The notes beneath the pieces were generated by a model. It saw only the letters and a program-made list of their open reading frames with translations, had not been told where the DNA came from and made no database searches. This document shows, in pieces, positions 47,191 through 55,766 of a stretch of DNA of 56,132 bases. Numbering within the stretch: the first letter of the stretch is position 1; each line of letters begins with the position of its first letter. Made by a program: the position numbers and the translations under genes. This stretch comes from a virus (taxonomy: Duplodnaviria; Caudoviricetes), in the IMG/VR virus record IMGVR_UViG_3300013131_000051, positions 1 through 56,132 of that record. One strand, 5' to 3'.

Positions 47191-47619
47191 ATGTACAACG
47201 AATTAAAAGAAATTTTTACTTTTTTGGTATCGGTCAGAAAATTGAGAACATACTTAGCAATTGATATTGAATTTCCCGATACTTGGAAAATACCAAAAAA
47301 ATACGTCATTGAAGATAAAATAATTGAAAATGAAAAGTTAAAAGACGGATACAGATTTTTTTCTTTTGTTTGTGAGTTTGACGATAAGTTAATGAATGAA
47401 ACTATTAATAATATTAAAAATATTATTTCTTATAATCGTGAAATAGAAATGAAAGAAAAGTTGTTGAAACAAAAAATTGATGAGTTAAAGAAAATTTTTG
47501 AAAAACAAAATTTTGATAATTTACAATCATTAAAATTTGATATAACAGAAGAAAAATTAGATGATGGAGAAGAAATTATTGACACGAGAGGAACAATCTC
47601 TAAATTGGTTGAAAAGTGA
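47191..47619 (+). CDS. Hypothetical protein
   Basis: 142 aa ORF within the operon. Confidence 0.6.
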   Translation: MYNELKEIFTFLVSVRKLRTYLAIDIEFPDTWKIPKKYVIEDKIIENEKLKDGYRFFSFVCEFDDKLMNETINNIKNIISYNREIEMKEKLLKQKIDELKKIFEKQNFDNLQSLKFDITEEKLDDGEEIIDTRGTISKLVEK

Positions 47620-47764
47620 ACTTGAAAAGGATCAAAAAGAGTTAGATAGTAAAAAATTAAAGTTAATCAATGAAATAAAAACATTTGAAAAACAAGATCT
47701 TTTACCAAAAACCAAAAAATTGACTTTATGGAAGAAAATCAAAAAAGTGATCTTGGGATCATAG
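47561..47764 (+). CDS. Hypothetical coiled-coil protein
   Basis: 67 aa, overlaps both neighbours. Confidence 0.5.
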   Translation: MMEKKLLTREEQSLNWLKSELEKDQKELDSKKLKLINEIKTFEKQDLLPKTKKLTLWKKIKKVILGS

Positions 47765-48036
47765 AAAAGTTAGCTCTTGTTACAGATGCAATACAAAATA
47801 CCTTTCCCGAAGGTAAAGTTATATGTGTGTATCAATTAAATGAAACTGATTTTAAAAGTGTTCAAGAAAACTTTAGAAAAATAGATCACGTACACAAAAG
47901 ATTTTCAATAGATATATCAGGAATAGAACATGTTTTTATAGAAGACGTTTTTGAAGAAACAGAACAGAAACCAATTGAAATACCATCCAAAAAAAGTTTT
48001 TTAAAAAAACTATTATCTATGTTTAAAAGTAGTTGA
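47728..48036 (+). CDS. Hypothetical protein
   Basis: 102 aa ORF. Confidence 0.55.
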   Translation: MEENQKSDLGIIEKLALVTDAIQNTFPEGKVICVYQLNETDFKSVQENFRKIDHVHKRFSIDISGIEHVFIEDVFEETEQKPIEIPSKKSFLKKLLSMFKSS

Positions 48037-48651
48037 TTTTCTATATAAAGACTGCTTATGAAACCCCTGATTATCTAAAATATTATACAAGTATTTTTTT
48101 TGACTTTTTGAGGAATCAGAAACTATTATACAATCCGTTCTTTGACTTTTCATCATTAAATGATTTAGGGTTTCCAAAAATCTTTTGGACTCGTTTTCAT
48201 TCTTTAAAGAAAATAATTTTACAATATCATTATTTTGCAACACAACTTTGTTGTTAAGTTTTGATAAAAGTTTCAAATCAAAATTTGAAAGATATTTTTT
48301 GATAAATTCCTCTAAAGTTATTTTTGTTTTATTTTCAATATCAAATATTTTTTCGGAAATTTTGTACTTTTCAACTCTGATTATTTTGTAGTTTGGATCA
48401 TCAGTTTCAACAAGTATTTGTCTTCCTAAACTATCCTTAATAAAAAGTTTATCGAAGTTTTCATTTTTTTTTTGAAGTAAACATAATTCATAGTTTATCA
48501 CATTGGCATTTTCAACTTGGACTTCAAATTGAACAGTTGAGTTTTTTTCAATAAGACTATCAAAAAATTTTTTCGCCTTTTCTTCGGTTACAAACTTGTT
48601 GATTATTTTTTTTCTTTCTTTATTTTTGAATAGAACAACTAAGTAATTCAT
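48013..48651 (-). CDS. Hypothetical protein
   Basis: 212 aa minus-strand ORF; the plus strand is T-rich here, matching a strand switch. Confidence 0.7.
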   Translation of the reverse strand: MNYLVVLFKNKERKKIINKFVTEEKAKKFFDSLIEKNSTVQFEVQVENANVINYELCLLQKKNENFDKLFIKDSLGRQILVETDDPNYKIIRVEKYKISEKIFDIENKTKITLEEFIKKYLSNFDLKLLSKLNNKVVLQNNDIVKLFSLKNENESKRFLETLNHLMMKSQRTDCIIVSDSSKSQKKYLYNILDNQGFHKQSLYRKSTTFKHR

Positions 48652-48681
48652 AAAACAAATAATAATATTTTAAAAAAATAA

Positions 48682-49599
48682 ATGAATATTGAAAACTATT
48701 ACGAAGTACTTGAAGTACAGGAAAATGCAACACAAGATGAAATAAAAGTTGCTTATAGAAAATTGGCAAAAAAAAATCATCCTGATAAAGGAGGAAATGA
48801 AGATAAGTTTAAAAAAATATCGGCCGCATATGATATTTTGAGTGATGAAAATAAAAGAAAAGATTACGACTTGAAAAGAAAAAATCCTTTTCAAAATTTT
48901 GATAATTCTGAGGACCTTTTTTCTGACTTGTTCAATAGAAGAAAACCAAATCAGTCTGTTCATACAACTAACATCACTGTGAATGTTGGGGTTTTAGATT
49001 CCTACATGGGTAACAGACACACTCTTTCTTACAGAAGATCAATTATGTGTGAACCTTGTAACGGAACAGGAGGGGAAAGAAAACTTTGTAATGTTTGTAA
49101 TGGGTCGGGTGTTGTAATTAGACAAGTAGGTTCAGGATTTTTTATACAGGTAATACAGACAATGTGTGAAAATTGTGGTGGTCATGGTAATAAACTCATA
49201 ACGCCTTGTTTTCTCTGTAATGGTATTGGTTCAAAACCTGAAATAAAAAATTTAGACGTATCATTACCTCATGGAGTGGATAATGGTCAGTTCCTCAGGC
49301 TTAAGAACATGGGGGATTTTAAAAATGGGTCTTACGGTGATTTAGTCATAAGAATTGAACTTAAACCACAGAATAATTTTGATAAATTAGGTAACCATTT
49401 GGTTTATAATGTTTACTTTAATTTACACGACTTACAAAGTGGTAATATTTCTGTTCCTCATCCTGATGGTGAGTTGAATATAAAATTACCTAAAAATATA
49501 GATACTTCGAAACCTTTGAGAGTTAAATCAAAAGGATTTAGATTAGAAACTGTTGGTGATTTGATCGTAAATCAATACGTAAAGTATCAAAGAGATTAA
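48682..49599 (+). CDS. dnaJ: DnaJ-like co-chaperone with Zn-finger
   Basis: J-domain YYEVL...HPD, four CxxCxGxG repeats and a C-terminal peptide-binding domain. Confidence 0.9.
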   Translation: MNIENYYEVLEVQENATQDEIKVAYRKLAKKNHPDKGGNEDKFKKISAAYDILSDENKRKDYDLKRKNPFQNFDNSEDLFSDLFNRRKPNQSVHTTNITVNVGVLDSYMGNRHTLSYRRSIMCEPCNGTGGERKLCNVCNGSGVVIRQVGSGFFIQVIQTMCENCGGHGNKLITPCFLCNGIGSKPEIKNLDVSLPHGVDNGQFLRLKNMGDFKNGSYGDLVIRIELKPQNNFDKLGNHLVYNVYFNLHDLQSGNISVPHPDGELNIKLPKNIDTSKPLRVKSKGFRLETVGDLIVNQYVKYQRD

Positions 49600-49757
49600 A
49601 AAAGTGAAATAATATCTTGAACAAAAGACACAATTCCGTATACACCGAAAAAAAAGAAAATACCACCAAAAACTAAAACCAAGATTTGTGTATTTTTGAC
49701 TTGTTTACTTTCATCACAGGTGTGACATTTTACTTCTGTTGCTTTTTCTTTTTCCAT
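49596..49757 (-). CDS. Small CxxC + TM protein, 53 aa (not in ORF track)
   Basis: [53 protein letters not shown]; its stop overlaps the dnaJ stop. Confidence 0.6.
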   Translation of the reverse strand: MEKEKATEVKCHTCDESKQVKNTQILVLVFGGIFFFFGVYGIVSFVQDIISLF

Positions 49758-49854
49758 ACCTATAATTTAATTATTAGTCAGTTGAAAATAAATATCAAAA
49801 AAATATTTTACTTTTTAACGCACTTTTTTAATATTCAGTATATTTATATGATAG

Positions 49855-50019
49855 ATGGGAAAAACAGGTAGACCAAAAAAAGAAGAGAAAGATAAAAAAG
49901 TAAAATACGGAATTAGTATTGATCGATATCTTTTCAATAAAATGAAGAATGAGGAAGTGAGCGTTTCTAAGTTTATTCAGAATCTAATTAAGGAGTATTA
50001 TGAAAAGAAAGAAATTTAA
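49855..50019 (+). CDS. Small ribbon-helix-helix-like DNA-binding protein, 54 aa (not in ORF track)
   Basis: MGKTGRPKKEEKDKKVKYGISIDRYLFNKMKNEEVSVSKFIQNLIKEYYEKKEI; preceded by TATTTAT and overlaps the endonuclease start. Confidence 0.6.
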   Translation: MGKTGRPKKEEKDKKVKYGISIDRYLFNKMKNEEVSVSKFIQNLIKEYYEKKEI

Positions 50020-50683
50020 TGAAGATTACTTTGAAGTGATAGATACACCTGAAAAGGCATATTTTCTTGGTTTTATTTTTGCGGACGGGTGTTTAATTAA
50101 TAACCCAAAAGAATATAGGTATAAATTAGTTATTAAGATTCATAATAAAGATGAAGATATGCTCAAAAGATTTATATCTCTATTAGATAGTGAGGTTGAA
50201 ATATGGAGAAGTAAAAATAGAGATATTTCTGAAGTTGGATTTTCCAGTAAAAAAATGATAAATGATTTAAAGAATCTTGGAATACATCAAAATAAAACAT
50301 ACACAATAGAATATCCCAAAATTGATGAAAAACTTGAAAAACATTTTTTACGAGGATATTTTGATGGTGATGGATGTATTAGAATTAATAAAGATAAACG
50401 GGATCAATCTAAACGAGGAGATTTAAGAATTGTTGGAGGTTCAGTTAAGTTCATACAAACTTTAAATGAAAGAATGGGTAAACTATTTGGGGTTAATGTT
50501 AATAAACTTTATGGACCAAAAAATAAACAATATAAATTTGTTGGTTGGGCAGGTATGTCGGATATTGAACAAATCTACAATGGATTTTATTCTGATACAG
50601 ACTTGTTTTTAATTAGAAAAAAAATTATTTTTGATGAGGTTATTGATATAATCAGAGAAAAATATAAATACAGAAAAAAATAA
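50000..50683 (+). CDS. Free-standing LAGLIDADG homing endonuclease
   Basis: Two motifs, AYFLGFIFADGC and FLRGYFDGDGCI. Confidence 0.88.
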   Translation: MKRKKFNEDYFEVIDTPEKAYFLGFIFADGCLINNPKEYRYKLVIKIHNKDEDMLKRFISLLDSEVEIWRSKNRDISEVGFSSKKMINDLKNLGIHQNKTYTIEYPKIDEKLEKHFLRGYFDGDGCIRINKDKRDQSKRGDLRIVGGSVKFIQTLNERMGKLFGVNVNKLYGPKNKQYKFVGWAGMSDIEQIYNGFYSDTDLFLIRKKIIFDEVIDIIREKYKYRKK

Positions 50684-50688
50684 ATATT

Positions 50689-51528
50689 TTGGTTTCATAC
50701 ATTGGTGGTAAGAGTAAAATTGGAAAGTGGATAGTCCCTTTCTACGATAAAAATATGGAAGTTTATTTAGAAACTTTTGGTGGAATGTTTTGGTGTTTCT
50801 ATAACATGGATCTTAAACAATTCCCAAATCTAAAACAAGTCGTTTATAACGACTTTAACCCACTCAATTACAACTTATTCAAGTGTGTTCAAAATCCAAC
50901 AGAACTACTTCGAGCAATCAACTCTATTGATTGTCAAAAACAAGGGGTAGATGTTACACCTGAAATATATCGTGAACAATTTGTTAGCTTTCAGGCTGAA
51001 ATCTTCAATCAAGGTTTTAGCGTAGAACCTGGCGATTATGAAGTGGCGGCTAAATACGTTTATATTTTAACACAAGTTTTTAGTGGGTCGAAACCTGAAA
51101 CATCAAATTTTATTGATCTTAAAGGAAAATACAAATCAAAGTATCTTACCTTCAGAGATAAGTTATCTAAACCTGATTGGGTGGATCACTTTTTAAAAAT
51201 TACCGATGTTGAGAACATGGATTTTGCCGACGTAATTCAAAAGTATGACTCACCATCCACATATATTTATTTGGATCCTCCATATTGGAAAACCGAAAAC
51301 TATTACTCAAACCATGATTTTGATAGACAAGATCACGAAAGATTGGCAAACGTTTTACATGGAGTTCAGGGTAAGTTTTCATTGTCTTATTACGACTTTG
51401 AATTACTTCACGAATGGTTCCCTGAAGATCAATATACTTGGGTTAGAAAGGAGTTTGCAAAGGCCGCTTCTGCCAAGAAAGGAGAAAAACAAAACATGGG
51501 AGAAGAATTACTAATCATGAATTACTAA
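50689..51528 (+). CDS. Dam-like (D12 class, alpha) DNA adenine methyltransferase
   Basis: SYIGGKS, ETFGG, YNDFN and YLDPPY motifs; TTG start. Confidence 0.88.
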   Translation: MVSYIGGKSKIGKWIVPFYDKNMEVYLETFGGMFWCFYNMDLKQFPNLKQVVYNDFNPLNYNLFKCVQNPTELLRAINSIDCQKQGVDVTPEIYREQFVSFQAEIFNQGFSVEPGDYEVAAKYVYILTQVFSGSKPETSNFIDLKGKYKSKYLTFRDKLSKPDWVDHFLKITDVENMDFADVIQKYDSPSTYIYLDPPYWKTENYYSNHDFDRQDHERLANVLHGVQGKFSLSYYDFELLHEWFPEDQYTWVRKEFAKAASAKKGEKQNMGEELLIMNY

Positions 51529-51570
51529 CTTTTTTATAATTACAAATATTTATTTAAAAATAAAATTAAT

Positions 51571-52989
51571 ATGTCACTTAGATTCACCAATCTTCTTAGA
51601 GATCTTATACTTGAAAACGCAAGATTTCAAGCACTTTCTGATAAATACTTAAAACCAAAAAATAAAGGTCAAAAGGGTATTATGCCTTTCGAGAATTTGA
51701 TTGCCATTATTGCCTCAGACCCAACCACAAGGTTACCTGAAGGTAAGTTTGTAAATATAGATGTAGATGACCGAGGAGATATCAAAATTGACACTAATAT
51801 ATCTACTCAAGACATGGACCGAGTAAAAATAGGAAAATGGACTAATTGGATATTACAAAATTTTGTAACTCCAAAGTTACCCGAAGATCACCCATTAAAT
51901 ATTGTAGACCCACAATCAGGACAACATAAATCAGCGATGAAAACATATCAAAATAATTTCTTCGAAAACTTGTATAAAATAACTGGTGACCTTAAAAAGT
52001 TTGAAAGATTTAAAAATAGATTACCTCAAGAGTTACGTGATATTAATAAATTAACTCCTGAAACATTATATGATAATGTTAAGGATTTTAGTTTGGAAAA
52101 AACTAAAGCAACTAAAGACGAAAAGAAAGAAGCGTCAAAAACATACCAACACCCTGGAGCTGAAATAGTTTATCGTGGTTCAGATTGGACGGTTGCTAAA
52201 ATTGAAGATAAAGGACAACTTGGTAAGGACGCCGCTTGTTTCTACGGAGGATCATATCAAGAAGAAGGTAAAGGTGAAACAAGATGGTGTACATCTTCAC
52301 CAGGATTATCTTGGTTTGATCGTTATATCAAAGATGGACCTTTATATGTTGTTATTCCAAATAAAGGTCAGAAACATAGAGGTGACAAAGAATATGGTGA
52401 TGTATCTGGTCTTCCAGCACTTCGTTATCAGTTCCATTTCCCTTCTAACCAATACATGGATCCATCTGATAGACAAATCAACTTGGTTGATTTCTTGAAC
52501 ACAAATGAGGAAGGTCTTAAAACATTCTTTAAACCTGAGTTTATGAAGTCGTTGGCCGGTGAAAAAGGGGATAAAGTTGTTATTGATTACCCTGGTGATT
52601 CGGCATCCAAGTTTGTTGCTCTTTACGGGTTTGATGAGTTATTTGCAACATTACCTGAAAACCTTAAAAGATTCACATTCAAAAACACATCAAGAGGTGG
52701 GGACAATATCTCATTGAATATACCTAATGACATTAGTAGATTTAAACAACTACAAGCACTTAACTTTGTTAATTGTGTTGTGTCAATACCTGAATCTGTT
52801 TGTGACTTACCTAACTTACAATACCTATCTTTGGTTGATAATAAAAACCTTCAAAGATTACCCGAATGTATTGGAGACATGCCAAACCTAATGGTGTTGA
52901 ATATACCGGGGTCCGAAGGTAAAAACATAATTCCTGATTCAGTTCTAAGAAGAGCCGAGGAAGATGAAGACTTTAACTTATTTACTTAA
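51571..52989 (+). CDS. Protein with central WCTS domain and C-terminal leucine-rich repeats
   Basis: TRWCTSSPG...GPLYVVI...YQFHF; LRRs IPESVCDLPNLQYLSL and LPECIGDMPNLMVLNI. Confidence 0.65.
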   Translation: MSLRFTNLLRDLILENARFQALSDKYLKPKNKGQKGIMPFENLIAIIASDPTTRLPEGKFVNIDVDDRGDIKIDTNISTQDMDRVKIGKWTNWILQNFVTPKLPEDHPLNIVDPQSGQHKSAMKTYQNNFFENLYKITGDLKKFERFKNRLPQELRDINKLTPETLYDNVKDFSLEKTKATKDEKKEASKTYQHPGAEIVYRGSDWTVAKIEDKGQLGKDAACFYGGSYQEEGKGETRWCTSSPGLSWFDRYIKDGPLYVVIPNKGQKHRGDKEYGDVSGLPALRYQFHFPSNQYMDPSDRQINLVDFLNTNEEGLKTFFKPEFMKSLAGEKGDKVVIDYPGDSASKFVALYGFDELFATLPENLKRFTFKNTSRGGDNISLNIPNDISRFKQLQALNFVNCVVSIPESVCDLPNLQYLSLVDNKNLQRLPECIGDMPNLMVLNIPGSEGKNIIPDSVLRRAEEDEDFNLFT

Positions 52990-52990
52990 A

Positions 52991-53215
52991 ATGAATAGAC
53001 TAACAGAATCCGATATTAGAAGAATTACAAGAAAAATTATTTTCGAAGACAGAAAAGAATCTACTTGGGAGAAAATTAAAAGAAAATTAAAGGGAATTTC
53101 AGATGAACAATTAATATATAATATGGAAAATGATCTTCCATGGGATTGGAAAGGGTCAAAAGAAGGGTTTTATGAAAAAAATGAACCAAGAAAAAATTAC
53201 AAAGGATCTAACTAG
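52991..53215 (+). CDS. Hypothetical protein with leader motif RLTESDIRRI
   Basis: An ATG 1 nt after the upstream stop is a more plausible start than 52964. Confidence 0.6.
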   Translation: MNRLTESDIRRITRKIIFEDRKESTWEKIKRKLKGISDEQLIYNMENDLPWDWKGSKEGFYEKNEPRKNYKGSN

Positions 53216-53218
53216 TCC

Positions 53219-53248
53219 AACCCACCTTTATGGTGGGTTTTTTATTTC
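53219..53248 (+). terminator. Intrinsic terminator
   Basis: aacccacc-tttat-ggtgggtt followed by a T run. Confidence 0.8.
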
Positions 53249-53265
53249 ACAAGGTATTTATTATT

Positions 53266-53640
53266 ATGAAAATCATAATCACGAAAAATCAGTTAAAGTT
53301 AATCAACGAAAACTATAGAAGAGATCGTTTTGACGCTGAGTATAGTGAGGAATACCCAAAGTATAAAAAGTTGTTTAGAAAGATGTTGAAACAGGATGTT
53401 GATTCATCACATAAAGGATATCAAGCTATACGATTAAAAAATGAGAATGGCGAAAGTTTATTTACTTATATGATGGGATCCAAAACATTATATTATAATT
53501 ATTCACTAGAAGATGAGATGGAGGATATTATTCCGAGTCATATTAGGTCAAGACACATCAAACACGCGGCATACGATTACTTCAAAGAGTTATTTCCTGA
53601 TGTAGAAATAAAAGAGGTTAGTGGAGCACACATGGGATAA
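53266..53640 (+). CDS. MKIIIT-leader family protein
   Basis: Starts MKIIITKNQLKLINE after TATTTAT. The track start at 53230 lies inside the terminator. Confidence 0.65.
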   Translation: MKIIITKNQLKLINENYRRDRFDAEYSEEYPKYKKLFRKMLKQDVDSSHKGYQAIRLKNENGESLFTYMMGSKTLYYNYSLEDEMEDIIPSHIRSRHIKHAAYDYFKELFPDVEIKEVSGAHMG

Positions 53641-54215
53641 TGAAAATAATAATAACAGAAAGACAACAAAATTTACTTCTTGAGTCCAACTTCGAAAAAA
53701 ATAAAAAGTTGGTGGGAAAGATGTGGGATGACGGAATGAATATGGATGAGATATCAGAACTAATTGGTTTAAGTGAAGAACAAGTAATATTACTTCTAAA
53801 AGATAAACCTATAAAAATTGATTGTAATTTTGCTGAAAGACTTACTACTTCACTTTTTTGGAGAACTGACTTTATAAGAAAAGAGTATAGTTTTGATGAT
53901 GGTGAAACTACACTTGAATTTACTTGGGGTGGTTTTAGTGGAATTATTTATTTTACTTATGAAGATGAAGAGTATGAAATAACAGGTATGGCGACTCCGT
54001 TTTGGAATGGTGACTGCTCAATACCTGTGGATTTGGATCGTATCAGAGATAAATCAACCGGTGAATATGAAGATGAGTTTGGTAATTCAGGTATTTATTT
54101 AGAAAATACACCATCCAAATTCAATTCAATTCAAGAGTTGATTGATTTTTTGAATAAATATTACCCGAAAGAACTTCTTTATGTAATACCAAGATTGATA
54201 GCTAAATATACTTAA
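53640..54215 (+). CDS. MKIIIT-leader family protein
   Basis: MKIIITERQQNLLLE, followed by an HTH-like segment MNMDEISELIGLSEEQV. Confidence 0.65.
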   Translation: MKIIITERQQNLLLESNFEKNKKLVGKMWDDGMNMDEISELIGLSEEQVILLLKDKPIKIDCNFAERLTTSLFWRTDFIRKEYSFDDGETTLEFTWGGFSGIIYFTYEDEEYEITGMATPFWNGDCSIPVDLDRIRDKSTGEYEDEFGNSGIYLENTPSKFNSIQELIDFLNKYYPKELLYVIPRLIAKYT

Positions 54216-54229
54216 AATTATTTAATGAA

Positions 54230-54835
54230 GTGAAAATAATAATATCAGAAAGACAACAAAATTTGATTTCGGAGAATATGACCGAAGAAAATCTTCGTAA
54301 GTTTTGTTATAGTATTTGGAATAAACAAAAAAAGATGGGCGAAGAACCTCATCTTGATGATGTTATTTATGATATTTCAGGAATTAAAAAAAACACACCT
54401 GAAGACTTCCAAACAATAAGACCTATTTGGTATAGATATAATGGAGGTTTTAAAAATCTATTTGAAAAACTAAAAGAAGAAGTCTTAGATAAAACTTTTA
54501 GACTTGTTGTTCCTGAATTAGACTTAGATACTAAAATTAAAGTGACCTATGTTTTTGAACGAAAAGGAGGGGGTTATAAATATGATGTTGTCGATCTATC
54601 GATAGATATTGATGGAAATGGTACAATAAGTTATGAATTTCTTGATCCTGAGACTGAGGAACAAAGTTTAGTGAGAGGTAGTCTTTGGGACGCACTTTAT
54701 GAGGCTCAAGAGGCATATGAAACAGGTGACTTTTTTGGTGCACTAAATTACCAATGTTATGATTTTTTCTACAAATTATTAGAAAAATACGGTATTCCTA
54801 TTGACGTGGAAGTTGATTTAGAAAATTTAGATTGA
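54230..54835 (+). CDS. MKIIIS-leader family protein
   Basis: MKIIISERQQNLISE (GTG start). Confidence 0.65.
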   Translation: MKIIISERQQNLISENMTEENLRKFCYSIWNKQKKMGEEPHLDDVIYDISGIKKNTPEDFQTIRPIWYRYNGGFKNLFEKLKEEVLDKTFRLVVPELDLDTKIKVTYVFERKGGGYKYDVVDLSIDIDGNGTISYEFLDPETEEQSLVRGSLWDALYEAQEAYETGDFFGALNYQCYDFFYKLLEKYGIPIDVEVDLENLD

Positions 54836-54848
54836 TATATTTAACAAC

Positions 54849-55073
54849 ATGGGGCCAATTGAAAAAAAAATAGATTCTTTAATTAAAGAACAAACAAATA
54901 ACTTAGAGACATTAGAAATTCTTTTTAATTTAAAAGAAGAAATTCGAGAAGTTGAAAAAAAATTAGCTAACGAAGCTTATTTCCAAGGATATACCGATAA
55001 AGAAAGAAACAAAGGGTTGAATTGGGATTATTACCAAAAGAAGTTTTCAAAAATAGAGTATATTAAAAATTAA
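54849..55073 (+). CDS. Hypothetical protein
   Basis: 74 aa ORF. Confidence 0.55.
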   Translation: MGPIEKKIDSLIKEQTNNLETLEILFNLKEEIREVEKKLANEAYFQGYTDKERNKGLNWDYYQKKFSKIEYIKN

Positions 55074-55074
55074 A

Positions 55075-55106
55075 TTTGTTTAGAGTTCAAATTTTTTGTA
55101 TCTTTG
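55075..55106 (+). promoter_or_regulatory. Bacteroidota-type promoter TTTG-N20-TATCTTTG
   Basis: Matches the -33/-7 consensus and ends 4 nt before the ATG at 55111. Confidence 0.55.
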
Positions 55107-55110
55107 TGAT

Positions 55111-55395
55111 ATGGAAGACTTAAATAAACTTGAATTACCAGAAATCAAAAATCTTTGCAAACAACATGACATCAGTCCTGTTGGAGATAAAAAATCATTA
55201 ATTAAAAAACTTAAATACTATTTGGATCCTGTTGAGGACGTATTGAATACTCATCCTGGTAGAAAACTTCCGAAAGGAAAAAAAATAGTTGGCGCTAACG
55301 TAAATAAAACCGATGAGATTAACCAAGTATTGAAACAAAAAGGACAATTTATGTATTATTCTTTGGGGTATCAATATTTTATGGTGATAGAATAA
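55111..55395 (+). CDS. Small protein with SAP-like DNA-binding motif
   Basis: LNKLELPEIKNLCKQHDISPVGDKKSLIKKL matches the SAP pattern. Confidence 0.55.
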   Translation: MEDLNKLELPEIKNLCKQHDISPVGDKKSLIKKLKYYLDPVEDVLNTHPGRKLPKGKKIVGANVNKTDEINQVLKQKGQFMYYSLGYQYFMVIE

Positions 55396-55426
55396 AAAAC
55401 TTTGATATTTATTAAATAAAACTAAT

Positions 55427-55765
55427 ATGAAAAAACAAATTATTGAGGAAATTAAAGATATCAAATATCTTTTTAACTATGACAGAGGTAGAATTATATC
55501 TGAACAACCTGAAGTTGAAGAAATGTCAGACCTATATGAAATGGGTTTAGAAGACGCTGAACTTGATGAAGAAATGGATGTTCCTGTAATGCTTCCTGGC
55601 ACAAAAGAAAAAGAAAGAACAATCACAACACCGGGAACTAAACCTGGAACAAAACCAGGAACACCATATAGACCAAAACCCGGACCTAAGAAGAATCCAA
55701 AAGCCGAAGATAAAGAAATGCCAACTTGGTTAAGTTTTAATAAAATTGGAATTAAATTAAAATAA
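55427..55765 (+). CDS. Hypothetical protein with PGTK repeats
   Basis: N-terminus MKKQIIEEIKDIKYL; TPGTKPGTKPGTPYRPKPGP. Confidence 0.6.
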   Translation: MKKQIIEEIKDIKYLFNYDRGRIISEQPEVEEMSDLYEMGLEDAELDEEMDVPVMLPGTKEKERTITTPGTKPGTKPGTPYRPKPGPKKNPKAEDKEMPTWLSFNKIGIKLK

Positions 55766-55766
55766 G

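Noticed and set aside
49760-50690. Group I intron housing the LAGLIDADG gene
   Set aside because: No interrupted host gene or structured intron core is evident; dam appears complete from SYIGGKS.
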